A DNA stretch of 43,721 bases from Bigelowiella natans CCMP2755 (taxonomy: Eukaryota; Protista; Cercozoa): contig ADNK01001402.1 of NCBI GenBank assembly GCA_000320545.1, positions 1 to 43,721 of the forward strand, in the 5' to 3' direction. Below the pieces are notes generated by a model. The model had not been told where the DNA came from, did not search any database, and was given only the letters and a program-made list of their open reading frames with translations. The translations under genes and the position numbers were made by a program. Positions 25,707-38,036 of the stretch are shown here, piece after piece (positions within the stretch are counted from its first letter, which is position 1; every line of letters starts with the position of its first letter).

Positions 25707-28700
25707 CCCCTCTCTTTTTCTGGCCTAAATTGTCGCCAAAGACCTCTCTGCGACTGGTCGACCTAGAGATCAACAGAATATGATGATGTTTCAGGCATCC
25801 TAGCCGCCAGCAGTGCCGTGCTCCCAGCATCACAAGAGGTGTGCGCGGATGAACTGCTTTCGCGGGCCGTCGACTCGGAGAACGATGTAACGCAGAAGGC
25901 CATAAACTATCTGCAGACCGATCTCGGAAGTCTCGAGAGGATATCGGGGGAGTACTCGCCTAACCGACCCTTTGGCTCTCCAGAGACGTCCGTGCGGCCC
26001 CTTGGCGATTACTTGGATCTATATCAAATTCAAAGCAAAGCGGGAAGCGATTTCCTCGCAGTTGTGAACGTGCCGTACGAGGGTACTTACGCAGAACACG
26101 TGGACCTTCGCGTCTTCTCCTTCATCGGTAACGTATGAGAGGCGAGAGTAACTAGAAATTATTTGCATTAAAAATTGTAGTCCGCAGCTTCACAGGTGTG
26201 CTCTATGTCCCTGTTGCCGCTGCGGATGTTGTTGATGACGATGACGATGATGAGGAGCCCGTCCTAGAAGAAGAAAGTGTCTAGACATGAAGGGAAGATA
26301 GAATAGAGGGCGCTTTCTACGAATCATGAATCTATCTCTTCGCCGCCAACAAAGCCTGATGTCGAATTCTGTGCCAATGTGTTGTGACAGTCTCGATGTT
26401 CCTCCTTGTGATCCTGAACTACATGATGTACCGTGCTCACGATGTGTCTACGGAGGGGTACGAGCGAATGATGCAGCGGCGGGGACCTCGCAAGCGCGAA
26501 ACGCAATGGAGGATAATTGGCAAGGACCCAAACGAAAAAGGCCAGAAGGAGGCTCTGAAATGGTGCTTCGACGAGATGAAGTACATGGGACATGTATCCG
26601 ACTTCTGCTCGAATAGATTTCACGAGGCAGCCAGATCGGGCGGTGCGACAGCGATCTCGGTCGAAATATTGAAGGAGCACTGCTATAGCATCGCCAAGGA
26701 ACTTATCGAGAGCTCGCGGGATGGGACAAACATTGTGTACCTGTGCTACCTATACACGTGCATGTGGAGGTCCGAGCAGAAATACTGCTTGCGCTTGGGC
26801 GTTGCTTACTGGATATATCGTCTATATCACTGGTGGGTCTACAATCTCTTCATCAACGTCGTCCTGCTGCTGCACATTCTCGTCATGTTCTTCCAGCGGC
26901 AGAACATTAGCTCCCTGGGGGCGCACGGCCCTATTCTCTCTTGGTGGGTCGTCGAGATATTCCTCCTCATTTTCGAAATCGGCGACGGGCTGATATCGGT
27001 GTCGATCTTCCACTTGTGGAGGGGGGACCTCCGCGGCCACGACGTGATGAAGCTCGGGGAGTTCCACAAATCCTGGAAGCTTCAGATATACTCCGCGGTC
27101 CTGCTGATGATGACCCTCGACTGGCTGATGCAGGGATGCATATGGTTTTCCTTCCAGTACTTCTTGCCCCTCCGCCCTACGACGATTCTCATCCGAAACC
27201 AGGGTACGCTCGACCAGCTCTACTATTTCTGTAAGACGATGTACTCAGCCGCTCATGTGTTTTTCTTGTTCGGCCTCGTGGTGCTCCTTGCTTCGCTAAT
27301 GGGCAATGTGCTCTTCCACGATATCTTGAATGACCGCGGGCCTGAGTCGAGCTTCCGGGACTTTTGGCGGTCTCTGATCACTAGTTTTGCTTTCGTTGGA
27401 ACAGGGGAGAATTTCGTGGAGGTTGCGTACCCAACCTTCGAGGTCCACGGAGCCTATTTCATCTTCTTCGTGGCATTTACCATCTTTGGGACGTTTCTGG
27501 TGCTGTCCATCACCATTGGTAGCTTCCAGAGCACATTTGCCAAAACACGTAAACAGCGAGAGATCCGGACGATGTGCATCAAGCGCTTGGGTGTAATCGC
27601 AGCCTTTTTGACGCTCGACTTCAACGGGAGCTCTACTGTAAATGTGGAAGACCTCAATCAATTCTTCCAGAGGTTAAGGCCACAGCTCCACAAATCTGTG
27701 ACGAAGCAGCACGTTGATTCGCTGATCAAGGATGATGAAGGAAAGACCACCTTAGATATGTTCCTCACTGGTGTGGAGGGCATTTACGAGCGTAGCGTTG
27801 CCATCTCGAAGAATATCAACGTTGGCACTCGATGGCAGGTTTTACTTTGTAGCCCACACACCCTCATTGTACACACAATGCATGAGCTGTGGAACGTATG
27901 GATGTATATGTATTCTAGAGATGACGAATACGAGAGGAGATAGAGAGAGAAGAGTGTATTTGATCTCAAAGAAATGATGTAAACAAATGCTCAAATAACA
28001 ACCATACAACCTTTTTTCTGCAAAGCCACCTTTGCGACTTTAAATCTGCTTATTCTTCACAACAAGTTTAAAAGCAGCAGCAACATCATCAACAACAACC
28101 TCCAGGTGTCACTCCAATACCTCGTCTGCGAGCGAAACTGGTTCAAAGATATGGTCCTGATCGTGCTAATGTGTAACGCGTGGGTGTGCGCGATGTATGG
28201 TATCACCGGCCCGACCGAGCTCCTGCGAATTCTGTCCTTTCTCTGCTTGCTCTTTTATTGCTGCGAGCTTGGAATTCGTGTAGCAGCGGTGGGGGGGTAT
28301 GAGTTCTGGAACCCGCACCACTATGGCAACGGGAGAAAGCCACTGCTACGCATGTTCGTCAATCGAGCTGATGCTATTATTATCACTCTGTGCTTCGGGC
28401 TTAATGTGGCTGTCGTTGCTTCGCACCGAGGATTCACGGACGGCTCGGATTGGTGGGTTATTTTCCAGCTCCTGAGGCTAATCTATGTGTTCCCAGTAAC
28501 ACAGCCTATCGTGGCCTCATTGGTCCACCTGATGCCTCAGTTCTACAATATCGCTCTTTTCCTCTTAGTAATCTTCTTTGTGTACGGAGTATGGGGAGTC
28601 ACCCTTTTCTCTGGAAAGAACAGTTTCAGCCAAGTGCTGCAGGACGATGCACCGGAAGGCAACTTTCAGGACCTCGCATCAGCGATGGCGACACTCTTCC

Positions 28701-29548
28701 AGCTCTTCGTGGGCGAGGCGTGGCACGACATTATGTATGCCGGGATCTCCGTCTACGACGATTTTGGTGTTGCAGCCTACTTCATCTCATTCATTCTGAT
28801 CGTGACGATTATCTTCGCAAACCTGCTCATCGGCCTTGTCCTCGATGAATTCTCCATCAACTACGAAGAGCACATCCAAAAGCCAGAATCAGAGCACCAT
28901 AGTACCCCTCGTGACAAGAAACGGCGCAATTCCTGGTGGGAAGGGGTGAAGAATAAGCGAAAGGTTATTCCAAAGGCGCTATCCCGCTATACGAACACCT
29001 CCAAGAACTACTGGAACTCCGTGGGAATCGGCGGTCCTTCAAAATCCGTTCCCCTTACCTTCGACCGGAAGATGCCAAGCAGACCGAAGCTACAAACAGT
29101 TCCGAGCCGCATCCCGAGCGAAATTACGCCAAGTTCGGTTCACCTACATGCACCTGAGGAAGGTGGCACTTCCAGGAAATTTGATTTCTCGAGAATCATA
29201 TCACATGAATCAGACTACAACGTGCTCGGGATCAACACACCAAAAAGATCTGCAACTTCGCACCCCATCCCGGATGCTAAAAAGGCCAAACAGGCTCCTC
29301 TCGGCGCCGCAGTGAAACTAAGAAGAACTGTGGCTCTGGGCAATAGTCTCCAAGAAGCCCGTATGACCTCCGAAGGCAACATGAACAGACCTTCACCGCG
29401 CCTTGCTGTGAGCGACGGTAGCCCAGTGCTGGCTGAAACTGTCTACAAAACGAGAAAGATTTCAATTGTTCCAGACAAAAAATCGGCAAACGCCAGAGAG
29501 CGGCAAGACAATGCCAAGAATCAGTTCAGAAATCATGGCACTGCGTGA
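18174..29548 (+). CDS. Two-pore channel (2x6TM with EF-hand linker) fused N-terminally to two membrane-anchored dCache-like domains; multi-exon
   Basis: Phase-compatible GT-AG junctions link exons 21414-22190, 22301-22511, 22676-22914, 23112-23202, 23400-23543, 23813-23946, 24432-24611, 24843-25103, 25261-25595, 25795-26127, 26391-27838 and 28106-29548 (TGA). Cache1 shows YDPRNMTWF...LVGAMAVDLDL...ADSTLLSATKEYL...GLELSIVVSS. Cache2 shows LSTFLQG...DVVTTEGILAASS...AVDSENDVTQKAINYL. The TPC part has two 6TM units, pore loops VGTGENF and FVGEAW, and an EF-hand-like DFNGSSTVNVED. The upstream exons (18174-21213) are also phase-compatible, but the 5' end is less certain. Confidence 0.82.
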
Positions 29549-30639
29549 TGTGTCGGTGAGTGCACCGGCTTCATTGACGACCGAACTAGCGAAACTCTGC
29601 CGTGAGATGGTGCATGTAGTGCTAGAGTGCTTGTCTTCTTTGATTCACATCGCTTGGTTTGTTTCATGCATCTCCTGGCTCACAACAAGTTCATGATGCT
29701 GCTGGTGGCGCAACGTGTGCGTGCGCAATTGATCATCTGCCTCGCTAGCTCGCACACGCTAGCACGCACAGCAGTGAATCGCATCAACGCAGTGTGCAAA
29801 ATGGCCTGGCATTGCATGCGCTGCGAAGACGGCTAGACGGGCCGTCCAGCTGGTGCCGGATGCGTGTGTGTGTCGTCGTTTGCACGCAACAAGTTGTCAC
29901 GACGACGACACGCGTGGATCCACCATCTCACGCACGCTGGCACGCATCGCAGCGCACGTGGAAAGTGCACGTCTGGACAGCTAGTGAAGTGCACGTGATC
30001 GAGCACAACATCAACGTGACACGACACCCGCGGAGTCTGTCACACCGCGTGCGATGCACACTCGGGACGCGCGCGCGAAGTCTGCGTGTGTTGGTGTGTG
30101 TGGCAGATCCGCCGGTGGGTTGTTCAAGTGCTGGAGCTGGAGGTGCGCTGTGCGCACATCACACGCACCGTGCACGTGCATGCACTTGGGTTAGTGTTTC
30201 ATTGGGAGCACACTAGCACGAATCGAAGTGAGCACGAGCGTCCACAGGACGATGGACTGAGTGGAGCAATTCCAATGGAGGGGTTGAAAGGACCGTGCTG
30301 GCTCATCCACATCTCAATCAATCAGCAAAGTGCAGTCGAGAAGATCCTAGATATTACGCCGACAGCACAAGTTTTGTCTCACGAGTCGAACCGATGAGAA
30401 AAAAGCCAAATATTTTACGTGTAAGATGATGATTTTAAGTCAAAAATGTGATTTTTTCCGATGTTACAGGACGATATCAGCAAAGCAATACAAACAACAA
30501 TAGAGTTTTCAAAAAGAAGGGAATTGTTCGAAAGAACATCCACCTGTAGTCGTAAGCGTGCCAAATTTAGGAGAAGACTGGTGCGACTCCAACACGTGTA
30601 GAGGAGGGTACCGTTGCAAGAATCAGGACAGAGGAAATC

Positions 30640-32078
30640 ATGTTCACCCTTCGTCTTCTCTCACCTCCCCGGGCTGTGGCCACGTTTCTCAATAGCCTGA
30701 TTTTGTTCATGATGCTGATGTCCATCGGAGCGGCAGTCATCAATGGTTTTGCTCTGGGATGGACTCCGGATTCTCGGAGCTCATCCTTGTGGGAAGAATA
30801 TGCAGTGAAGAGTCTGGGAGCGCGCAGTGTGTCCCTTAGAAAACTCATCCTATTCATGCGAACCGAGTACGTCACACTGGTTGCATGTTTGTATTAATAC
30901 GTCGATATTATGTGCTCACCCCCGCGCGCGTGTTGTGTGTGTGTGTTCGGGCCGGTACTATTTTAAAATATATCCCATCCCAAATGTTAACGATATCTTC
31001 TCCACTCTTTAGGACAATGTGCAAAGTGATTTATTCGATCATATCACTCCATCTGTGCGGTGTTCTCTACAAGTCGCTGTTCTCAAGGCAGGGCAAGCTG
31101 AAAGTGTCCGTCAGACTTTGGGTAGTCTGCACGACTAACAAAGCGAATTAACTTCGTTCCCCACCAAAATTTAAAAGAAGAAATGAAAGTGAAGGCAGGC
31201 TCCACATCTTAATCCTCCTTCTATCTTCCCTAACCCTAGGTGCGTAATTTCATCCGAACTTCCTTGCTACCGACTGTGATGATCCTTGCATACATCACTT
31301 TGGCGGATAAAGATTACGCAGCAAAAATGGGGAGGGCTGCTGCTGCAAGGGCCAATCCCGCCAAGATCGATTTTGCGTCGATTCTAACAAAGTATCGCCC
31401 TTTTGAAATTGACAAAATATACGGTGTCGGTCGACGAGTAGAAGAGTCTAATTTTCTGTTTGTGACGGATGCAGGCCCCCAACAACCTTCGAGGTCGCCC
31501 ATGCCCTTACTGGGGGGAGCACCAGTGACAATCACTTCCTCCGTGAGGGTTTATTTATCTTCCTCACTTGGTTGTTCTACTACGTTTTCATCCACGTCGT
31601 TGTTTACGGGGGAGGCTTTGGAATCCTCGCTGCATATCGGCATTGGAGGCCACAGGCAAACACACTGAAGGTGCCGTGGGAGGAGCAGATGCGGCAGATG
31701 CTTCATAGCGAGAAGGCCTTCCCTATGTACGCTGTCGTTCCCACCATTGGTGATATCATGCGCAGCTATGGATTCTCCCAAATTGTGCCTTCTTTCGCAG
31801 CGTGTGGAGGTATGTTGGCAAAGGGACACGTTTCGATGTCACAGCAAGCACAACGATGGTGTAAATTAAGAATTTGATGTTCACCATAAAGGTGTCGTGG
31901 CTTCTCTGGCCCACTTTGTTATCTACATGTTCTTGGTGGAGGGAGGCGTTTTCTTCGTCCACTACTGGCTGCTGCACAAATGGGAATGGGGGTACCAGAT
32001 GATATGCTATGCTAGGCTGTTGTTGCTACTACTCTCAGTAGCTAAGAGTTCTTAAATATGATCATCTGTGACTGTGCC

Positions 32079-32126
<48 letters not shown>

Positions 32127-33090
32127 TATATAAAATCCACACACACGTACGGAGAGAGTTAGGGAGAGAGTGGCACATGCATAATGCATATTAATATAAA
32201 TATGTTAGTGTGTAAAGCATGTGTATGATTCACAAATTCAAAATTAGGCGCAAGAACCTCAACCACGACGATCATCACCTCTACATCCACGATGACGAGA
32301 TGACAACATTCACAGGGTAGACCTCCTGCTGCTAGTGGTGGGGTATGGTAGTGACTCACGGACTGCGCGTGCGAATTACGTTGATGATAATGAGCGAACA
32401 GCACGCTCGTCTGCCATTAAACAAGTATGTGTATCATTACTCGTCCTATCCACCTCTCCCCCACCAGATATGCCTTCGAGCCTATCGACGCCTCGCTGCA
32501 AGGCCTCCCCTTCGTATTCTTCCAATTCGTAATTCCAGTGCCCGAGCCGCTCGCTATTGCTGCTGGGGCATTCGTCGGCTTCTGGACGATGTATATCCAC
32601 GTGTCGGAGCCGGATCTGCCGTGGCCGTTTATGGGGGCAGGATACCACCTGGTGCACCACCAATATAACTGGTTTAACTTCGGCCTCTTCACAATGCTGT
32701 GGGATTATTTGGTAGTAGTTGTAGCAGTAGTGGTAGTAGTAGTAGTAGTAGTGGTTGTTGTTGTTGTTGAAGCTGATGTGATTTCAGTAGAGTAGTTGTG
32801 GCAATCACTTTCGTTTTTCTCGATTAAAGATTGGGAAAAGGGTTTTCCTGGTTGGGAGATTGGAAAGTACTAGGAATACGCTGTCGTTGATGATGGCTTG
32901 TGATGGAAGAGTAGTTTGTAGCGCGTCGATAATATGAAACAATATTTAGCACAACACTTTGCGGCATCCTGGGGAAGCCACCCGAGCACATGCGTTGAAA
33001 ACAAAGGCTGCAAGAACTGGAAAGGCAAACCGAAATGCGCTTGAGAAGCTACACCAGATGTGGTCCGATACCACGAAAAAACAGCACTAA
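30640..33090 (+). CDS. ERG3: Delta7-sterol C5(6)-desaturase (lathosterol oxidase; ERG3/SC5D/STE1 family), multi-exon, with an N-terminal hydrophobic extension
   Basis: The spliced product contains the His boxes HYWLLH, HDDHH, YIH and HLVHH. It also has AFEPIDASLQGLP and WPFMGAGYHLVHHQYNWFNFGLFTMLWDYL|HNTLRHP, resembling plant STE1/DWF7 (WPVMGAGYHTIHH...) as recalled. All junctions are phase-compatible; the last exon is 32950-33090 (TAA). Confidence 0.88.
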
Positions 33091-33941
33091 CATAGACGCT
33101 TCTGTTGCTACTAAGAAAGACAATCAGTTTTCCTGGTAAAGCCAGATTATGTCCCATGTGCGAGATCACAACCTACTAACGCAAGATCATGTGAGCTGAA
33201 TAGTGTCTGCAATACAAGCACAGGATATAGTTATTGTTGTATCAGCATTCCCATCGAGTGTCTTGCTTAACATTAGTAAGTGGTGTGCGATGACATTCAC
33301 TATTCGATTATGAAATATCATCGGCAGTACACATATGTGTACATCATACATGGACGGGCGTTTGCGCGAGCAAATAACAATAATATAGCAGTTTAAGTCG
33401 AAGTGAATTGCATCAACTTGTTGACTGTATTTTCATTGTAATGTGACAGAGTGTCGAGAAGAATCTATAACACTGATACATCCAACACAGCGGCACCGCG
33501 AGTGCAAGCATATAGCGTGTGGTTGCATTGGACACTAAGGCTATCGATCGTATAGCCACACATTATTATTGTTGCTATTTCGTTGCACACTCCTTATTTA
33601 TGTTATTTGACAAAGCTTGCACGTGTGCAATCATAGGAATCATTTCAACTGATCAACTATTAGCATAATAGAATCCCAACATGCGTGTGTACATGATGTG
33701 ACTAAAATGTTGATAAAAAGGCGTCGATCGTACAATAGCTCAATGTTAGTGCGACGATGCTATATCGTCAGGCTGCTCCCCGTGCTATATAGTTATGTTC
33801 ATCACTGCTTTGCCAATGCAAGCATTTTACCATCTCGAAGCAGTCTTTATATCTAAAATAGGAGCCCATGTAGTCCTGCAAGCTGACATACTGCGATCTT
33901 TACCAGAAAACCGTCAAAATTAGGGATAGTTTCAGCAGCCA

Positions 33942-34784
33942 TCAAGCTTTCATGGATTGCTCTGCAATATCGCTTCTCAATACTCGCATCATCTTGTGGG
34001 CGACCTCTTCTGCAGAGAGGTTTTTGCCGAAATACTCGAGAAATTCACCATTCGTTCCCATCAGGTAGAAGAAAATCGAGTGGTCCACTAGGTAGTCTTC
34101 CTCATCACCAGCAGGGGCGCTAAAGTAGACCCTGAAGGCCTTGGAAACCTTTCCTATCTCCTCGTTTGGACCGGTCAAACACATTAATCTTTCATGGTAG
34201 TCTTTTTTATAAGCTCGAAGTCTTTCGGGCGTGTCCCTTTTCGGGTCAATGGTTATGAAGATAGGGAGGACAGTAGGTAAATCGCCCCGTGAGTCGACCA
34301 TATCGAGAGCTCTTCCCATTTTCTTCAGTTCAGTCGGACATATATCAGGGCATTTGGAGAATCCGAAGTACAGGAGAGTGTACTGGCCGTGGAAATCACT
34401 GCTCTTCCTTGTTTCTCCCGTTTCCGCATCGATCAGCTCGTATGGGCCACCAATGGCCGGCTTTCCAGTGACAGTAATCTTGGTCTCAGAGAGAACACGC
34501 TCCTTTTCATAGTTGTAGTACAAAACTATCCCAGCACCTACAGCGCCCATGGCTGCAACGCTCTTCCAACTTGCCCATCTTGCACCGAGCGCCTCAGTCG
34601 AAGCGGCAGCAGAAGCGCTAGAGGTGCTTGTCTTTGAACTCTCAGCTGCAGTCTTCGCAGCTTTCGCACCCCCAGAATTTGCTTTATTGCAGAAGGTCCT
34701 CACGCGGGCGCGAAGGCCGAGGCGTAGACGAAGTGGGTGGAGAGTGCGAACGAGGGGACGGAGGAGCGGGCCAACGGAAGCCAT
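33942..34784 (-). CDS. SCO1: SCO1/SenC mitochondrial copper chaperone for cytochrome c oxidase, single exon, 280 aa
   Basis: Arg/Leu-rich presequence, one TM segment (VAAMGAVGAGIVLYY), IGGPYELID, YFGFSKCPDICP (CxxxC), FITIDPKRD and YLVDHSIFFYLM (conserved His). Confidence 0.97.
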   Translation of the reverse strand: MASVGPLLRPLVRTLHPLRLRLGLRARVRTFCNKANSGGAKAAKTAAESSKTSTSSASAAASTEALGARWASWKSVAAMGAVGAGIVLYYNYEKERVLSETKITVTGKPAIGGPYELIDAETGETRKSSDFHGQYTLLYFGFSKCPDICPTELKKMGRALDMVDSRGDLPTVLPIFITIDPKRDTPERLRAYKKDYHERLMCLTGPNEEIGKVSKAFRVYFSAPAGDEEDYLVDHSIFFYLMGTNGEFLEYFGKNLSAEEVAHKMMRVLRSDIAEQSMKA

Positions 34785-35407
34785 GGTGTTTGTGGTCGAT
34801 GGTTCTGGTGGTGATTCTGGACACGCACCCGAACATATTTAGGTTTAATTCCCATGTGTTTTTATATGACGACATGCAGATCCACTCAAATCGCTCTAAT
34901 ATCCGCCAATAATTCATCATCTCATGCATCTTTTGGGTAAACGACATCCATTTTGATATGTCGTAGATAGACTCTGTGAATCCAGCAAAGCGCCATTTTA
35001 GTCTAGTTTCTATGCGAGAAACATCGTGCTGAGAAGTGAGCGAGGCTTTCATAAATATGAGTCTCACCAAACCTTGAATCCCGGATCTACGAATTTCTAT
35101 CTAAAAATAAAGGGGAATTTATATGTTTTTTACAGCGAATTACGGATATTTGCGTGTTCGGCAGTTACTTAGAAACGCCCTCTCCCCCCTTCTCAAGCAC
35201 GCCAACTTGCCAGAGGTTTCGCGCGGATCCTTTAGTGTGCAGAGGAGTTGACCTCGACGGGTTTAGAGTTGCCTTTTCTGGGACTAATTGGTAATTGATG
35301 ATAGCTACACAGGATTAGATCATGGTCTATGGCAGAAAAACCGATGTATTTAGTCGTCGCTTGTAATGCACGAGCAGGTGAAGCAAAAAACAGGACTTTC
35401 TCCAGCC
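34785..35407. promoter_or_regulatory. Putative bidirectional promoter between SCO1 (-) and DRC5 (+)
   Basis: The two ATGs are about 620 bp apart, head-to-head, in AT-rich sequence. Inferred from arrangement only. Confidence 0.35.
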
Positions 35408-37399
35408 ATGAGTGCGGACGCGAAGAAATTGCAGGCTGCCGAAGAAAAAAAACAGAAGCTTCAGCAGAGTGCTTTGGATGTGGATTTTGAGACGTCTGTT
35501 CCAGAGGACAAATGCCGAGTAAGGCTCCTTTTGACACGTTACATTTGAGTTTTCTTTGGGTTATGCATCAATACTTCCCATTCAGAATAAAGTTCCTCGA
35601 TTGGATGATCTCTGTGTGAGATATCTTGCGGATCACTTTGGTAACGCAGTGATTTCTTAATCTGTTCAAACAAAGATATGACTTTGACGTGTGTGTTTTA
35701 CTTAAAGACAAGTACCCTGCGCTCGATCACATTAAACAAGAATACGTTGCCGCAGTGGTAGATCCATTGCCTTCCTTCATGGAAAAGATATCAGTTGTGA
35801 CATGTGAATCGATAAATTGCAGGTGGAACTCATCAACACATCAAAAATTTCCTACTCCGCAGCTAGCAAGGTAATCTATCTACTTCACGGTCGAGAGAAT
35901 TGTACATAATTTTTGTTTTACACAGTACATCAAGAATGAAATGTTCTGGAAGAAAAGCACTTTGGAAAGATGGTAAATTCCAACCTGCGCGTATTTTTCA
36001 AAATGCTGAGCAATTGGGAGTGTAGCATCCATTAGCTTAGCCTGGCTTTTTTATCGTCACACCTAGGCCACAAACACCACACGAGATTTCGGAGCACGGA
36101 ATGTCTTGGCGAAGGCTCTATGCCGAGCTTCACATTACAGAAAGATTTGAAAGGTGATCATACATTTGCTAATAGTTCAAAATATACCTAATGTTACTTC
36201 GCACGAGTGCAGCATTCTGAGTCGCCTTCGCCTGTTGTGCCGCCTCAGATTTTTCCCATCGAAGTGCGGATCGACCTTACAGAATTTGATTCAAGAAGTT
36301 GAGTGCGCCAAGCCTTTCGTGCAAACCATACGCTTTCGGCAGCTAAGAACAAAAATTGACCTGTCCAAGGTCCTGGGGGACTTCCAAAACCTGCAAACTC
36401 TTGACCTGACGTATGGTAAAAAGAAGGTTGGGATGGGGTACGAGAAGAGTCTCTTTGGCATGCATCTCACCGATGCGATGTCTCTGAGCCGGCTTATAGC
36501 CAACTCTCGTGCGCTTACGCGAGTGGTGCTGCAGGAAAATCTTATAGACGATGAAACCGTCCACGTCATAGGGTCGGGCCTTGCCAAGAATAACACCGTG
36601 ACCTACCTCGATCTCTCACACAACTGCATCGCTGATCGTGGGGCGGAGAGACTGGCCAAGCTGTTGCAGCGCGGCTCGATGCTAATAGATATCGATCTCA
36701 GCGATAACCAGATCGGGGATCTAGGAGCTGGGTACCTAGCGGATGCACTTAGATTGAACGATGTCCTGAGCACGCTGTCATTGAGGCAGAACCTGCTCAG
36801 TGACAATGGGGGGGAAGAGGTGCTAGATGCGCTTGTAGAGAACTCCTCCCTCAGCGAGTTGGACTTGTCTGCCAACGAACTCGAAGCTAAGACAGGAGGC
36901 AAGCTGCTGCAAATACTTCGGTCCAATGACGCACTGACAACACTAAATCTTGCTTGCAACTCGGTGATTACTGATGAAGAGGGAAAGCTCCTTATCGGCG
37001 CGCTTGAAAAGGTCGGTCATCATTGTGGCAATAACTACGTATTTTATACTGGATGATTTACGACTTTCCTATTGTACCTCTCCTCCCTCATCCTCTTCTA
37101 CACTTGTGCATGGCAGAACGCAACATTGACGAAGTTAGACCTAAGGAAAAACGCAGATGCGAAGGTTTGGATCCTTGTTTGTTTTCCATTTCCGGGGTAG
37201 TTTTCTAAATAATACTGTTCGTGTTGAATTAGGTTCTAGGACCAATCAAAAAGCTACTGAAACCTCGTGCGGTAAGTAGAACTTGTAGCTACCATTTCGT
37301 GTCAAGGAAAGCTAAAATTAATTTGCGCTCATGTAGGTGAAAGAGAAGCAAGTCAGCAGAAAGCGCTATCAGAATGGATGGGATCTCGTCGATGATTAA
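35408..37399 (+). CDS. DRC5: Dynein regulatory complex subunit 5 (TCTE1), LRR protein of the flagellar N-DRC, multi-exon
   Basis: Exons give VPRLDDLCVRYLADHF, YIKNEMFWKK, EISEHGMSWRRLYAE and LDLTYGKKKVGMGYEKSLFGMHLTDA, followed by RNI-like LRRs (YLDLSHNCIADRG, DIDLSDNQIGDLG, ELDLSANEL). The last exon ends ...WDLVDD TAA at 37399. Confidence 0.9.
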
Positions 37400-38036
37400 T
37401 GCATCTCGTTCTAGTTGTTGCATGTAGTGGACATTGTCAAAAACAATTCAATTGATAGACGAAAGTCCCACGTAGCTACATGCCTGAGTGTGCACACACT
37501 CACATGCATTTGTTGCTTTTGCGTTGGCTAGCTGTGTGTTGTGCTGCTCATCGGGCACATCATCGTAAATGCCACAGCATTCGTGCACACAGTCACACGC
37601 CATTGAAGAATGATGAAAACAATTTGGCAGTTGTACATGGCGGTGAACTACTACCCACAGATTTGGGCTCTACGTTCACAGCAATGCTCACATTGTGTAG
37701 CTAGCATAGGTAGGTCTAGGTGCAACTAACGACACGATGAAGCAGTAGCATGTGTGGACAGGATGCCCAGCACACTATGCACACATGCCGCGCCGATGTG
37801 ATCGATGCGAGCGCATGAGGCCCGCAGCACTGGACGGTTGCTCGACGAAGCAATGCAGCAATGCGCATTGCTCCACCGTGCATGCAAGCTAGCAAGCACA
37901 CTGCACAGCAAATCACTCTTGAATTTTTGAGAGAGTGAAAACAGATGAAGAAAGATCAAAATCAACCAATGCAAACTGAAAGAAGAAACAGAAACAAAAT
38001 GTTTTGATGCAAAAACTGAACATGTAGCCTTTAAGG

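Noticed and set aside
26391-29548. The TPC part being encoded by two very large exons, as a sign of retroposed origin
   Set aside because: KDM5 also has exons over 1 kb, so large exons are not unusual in this window.
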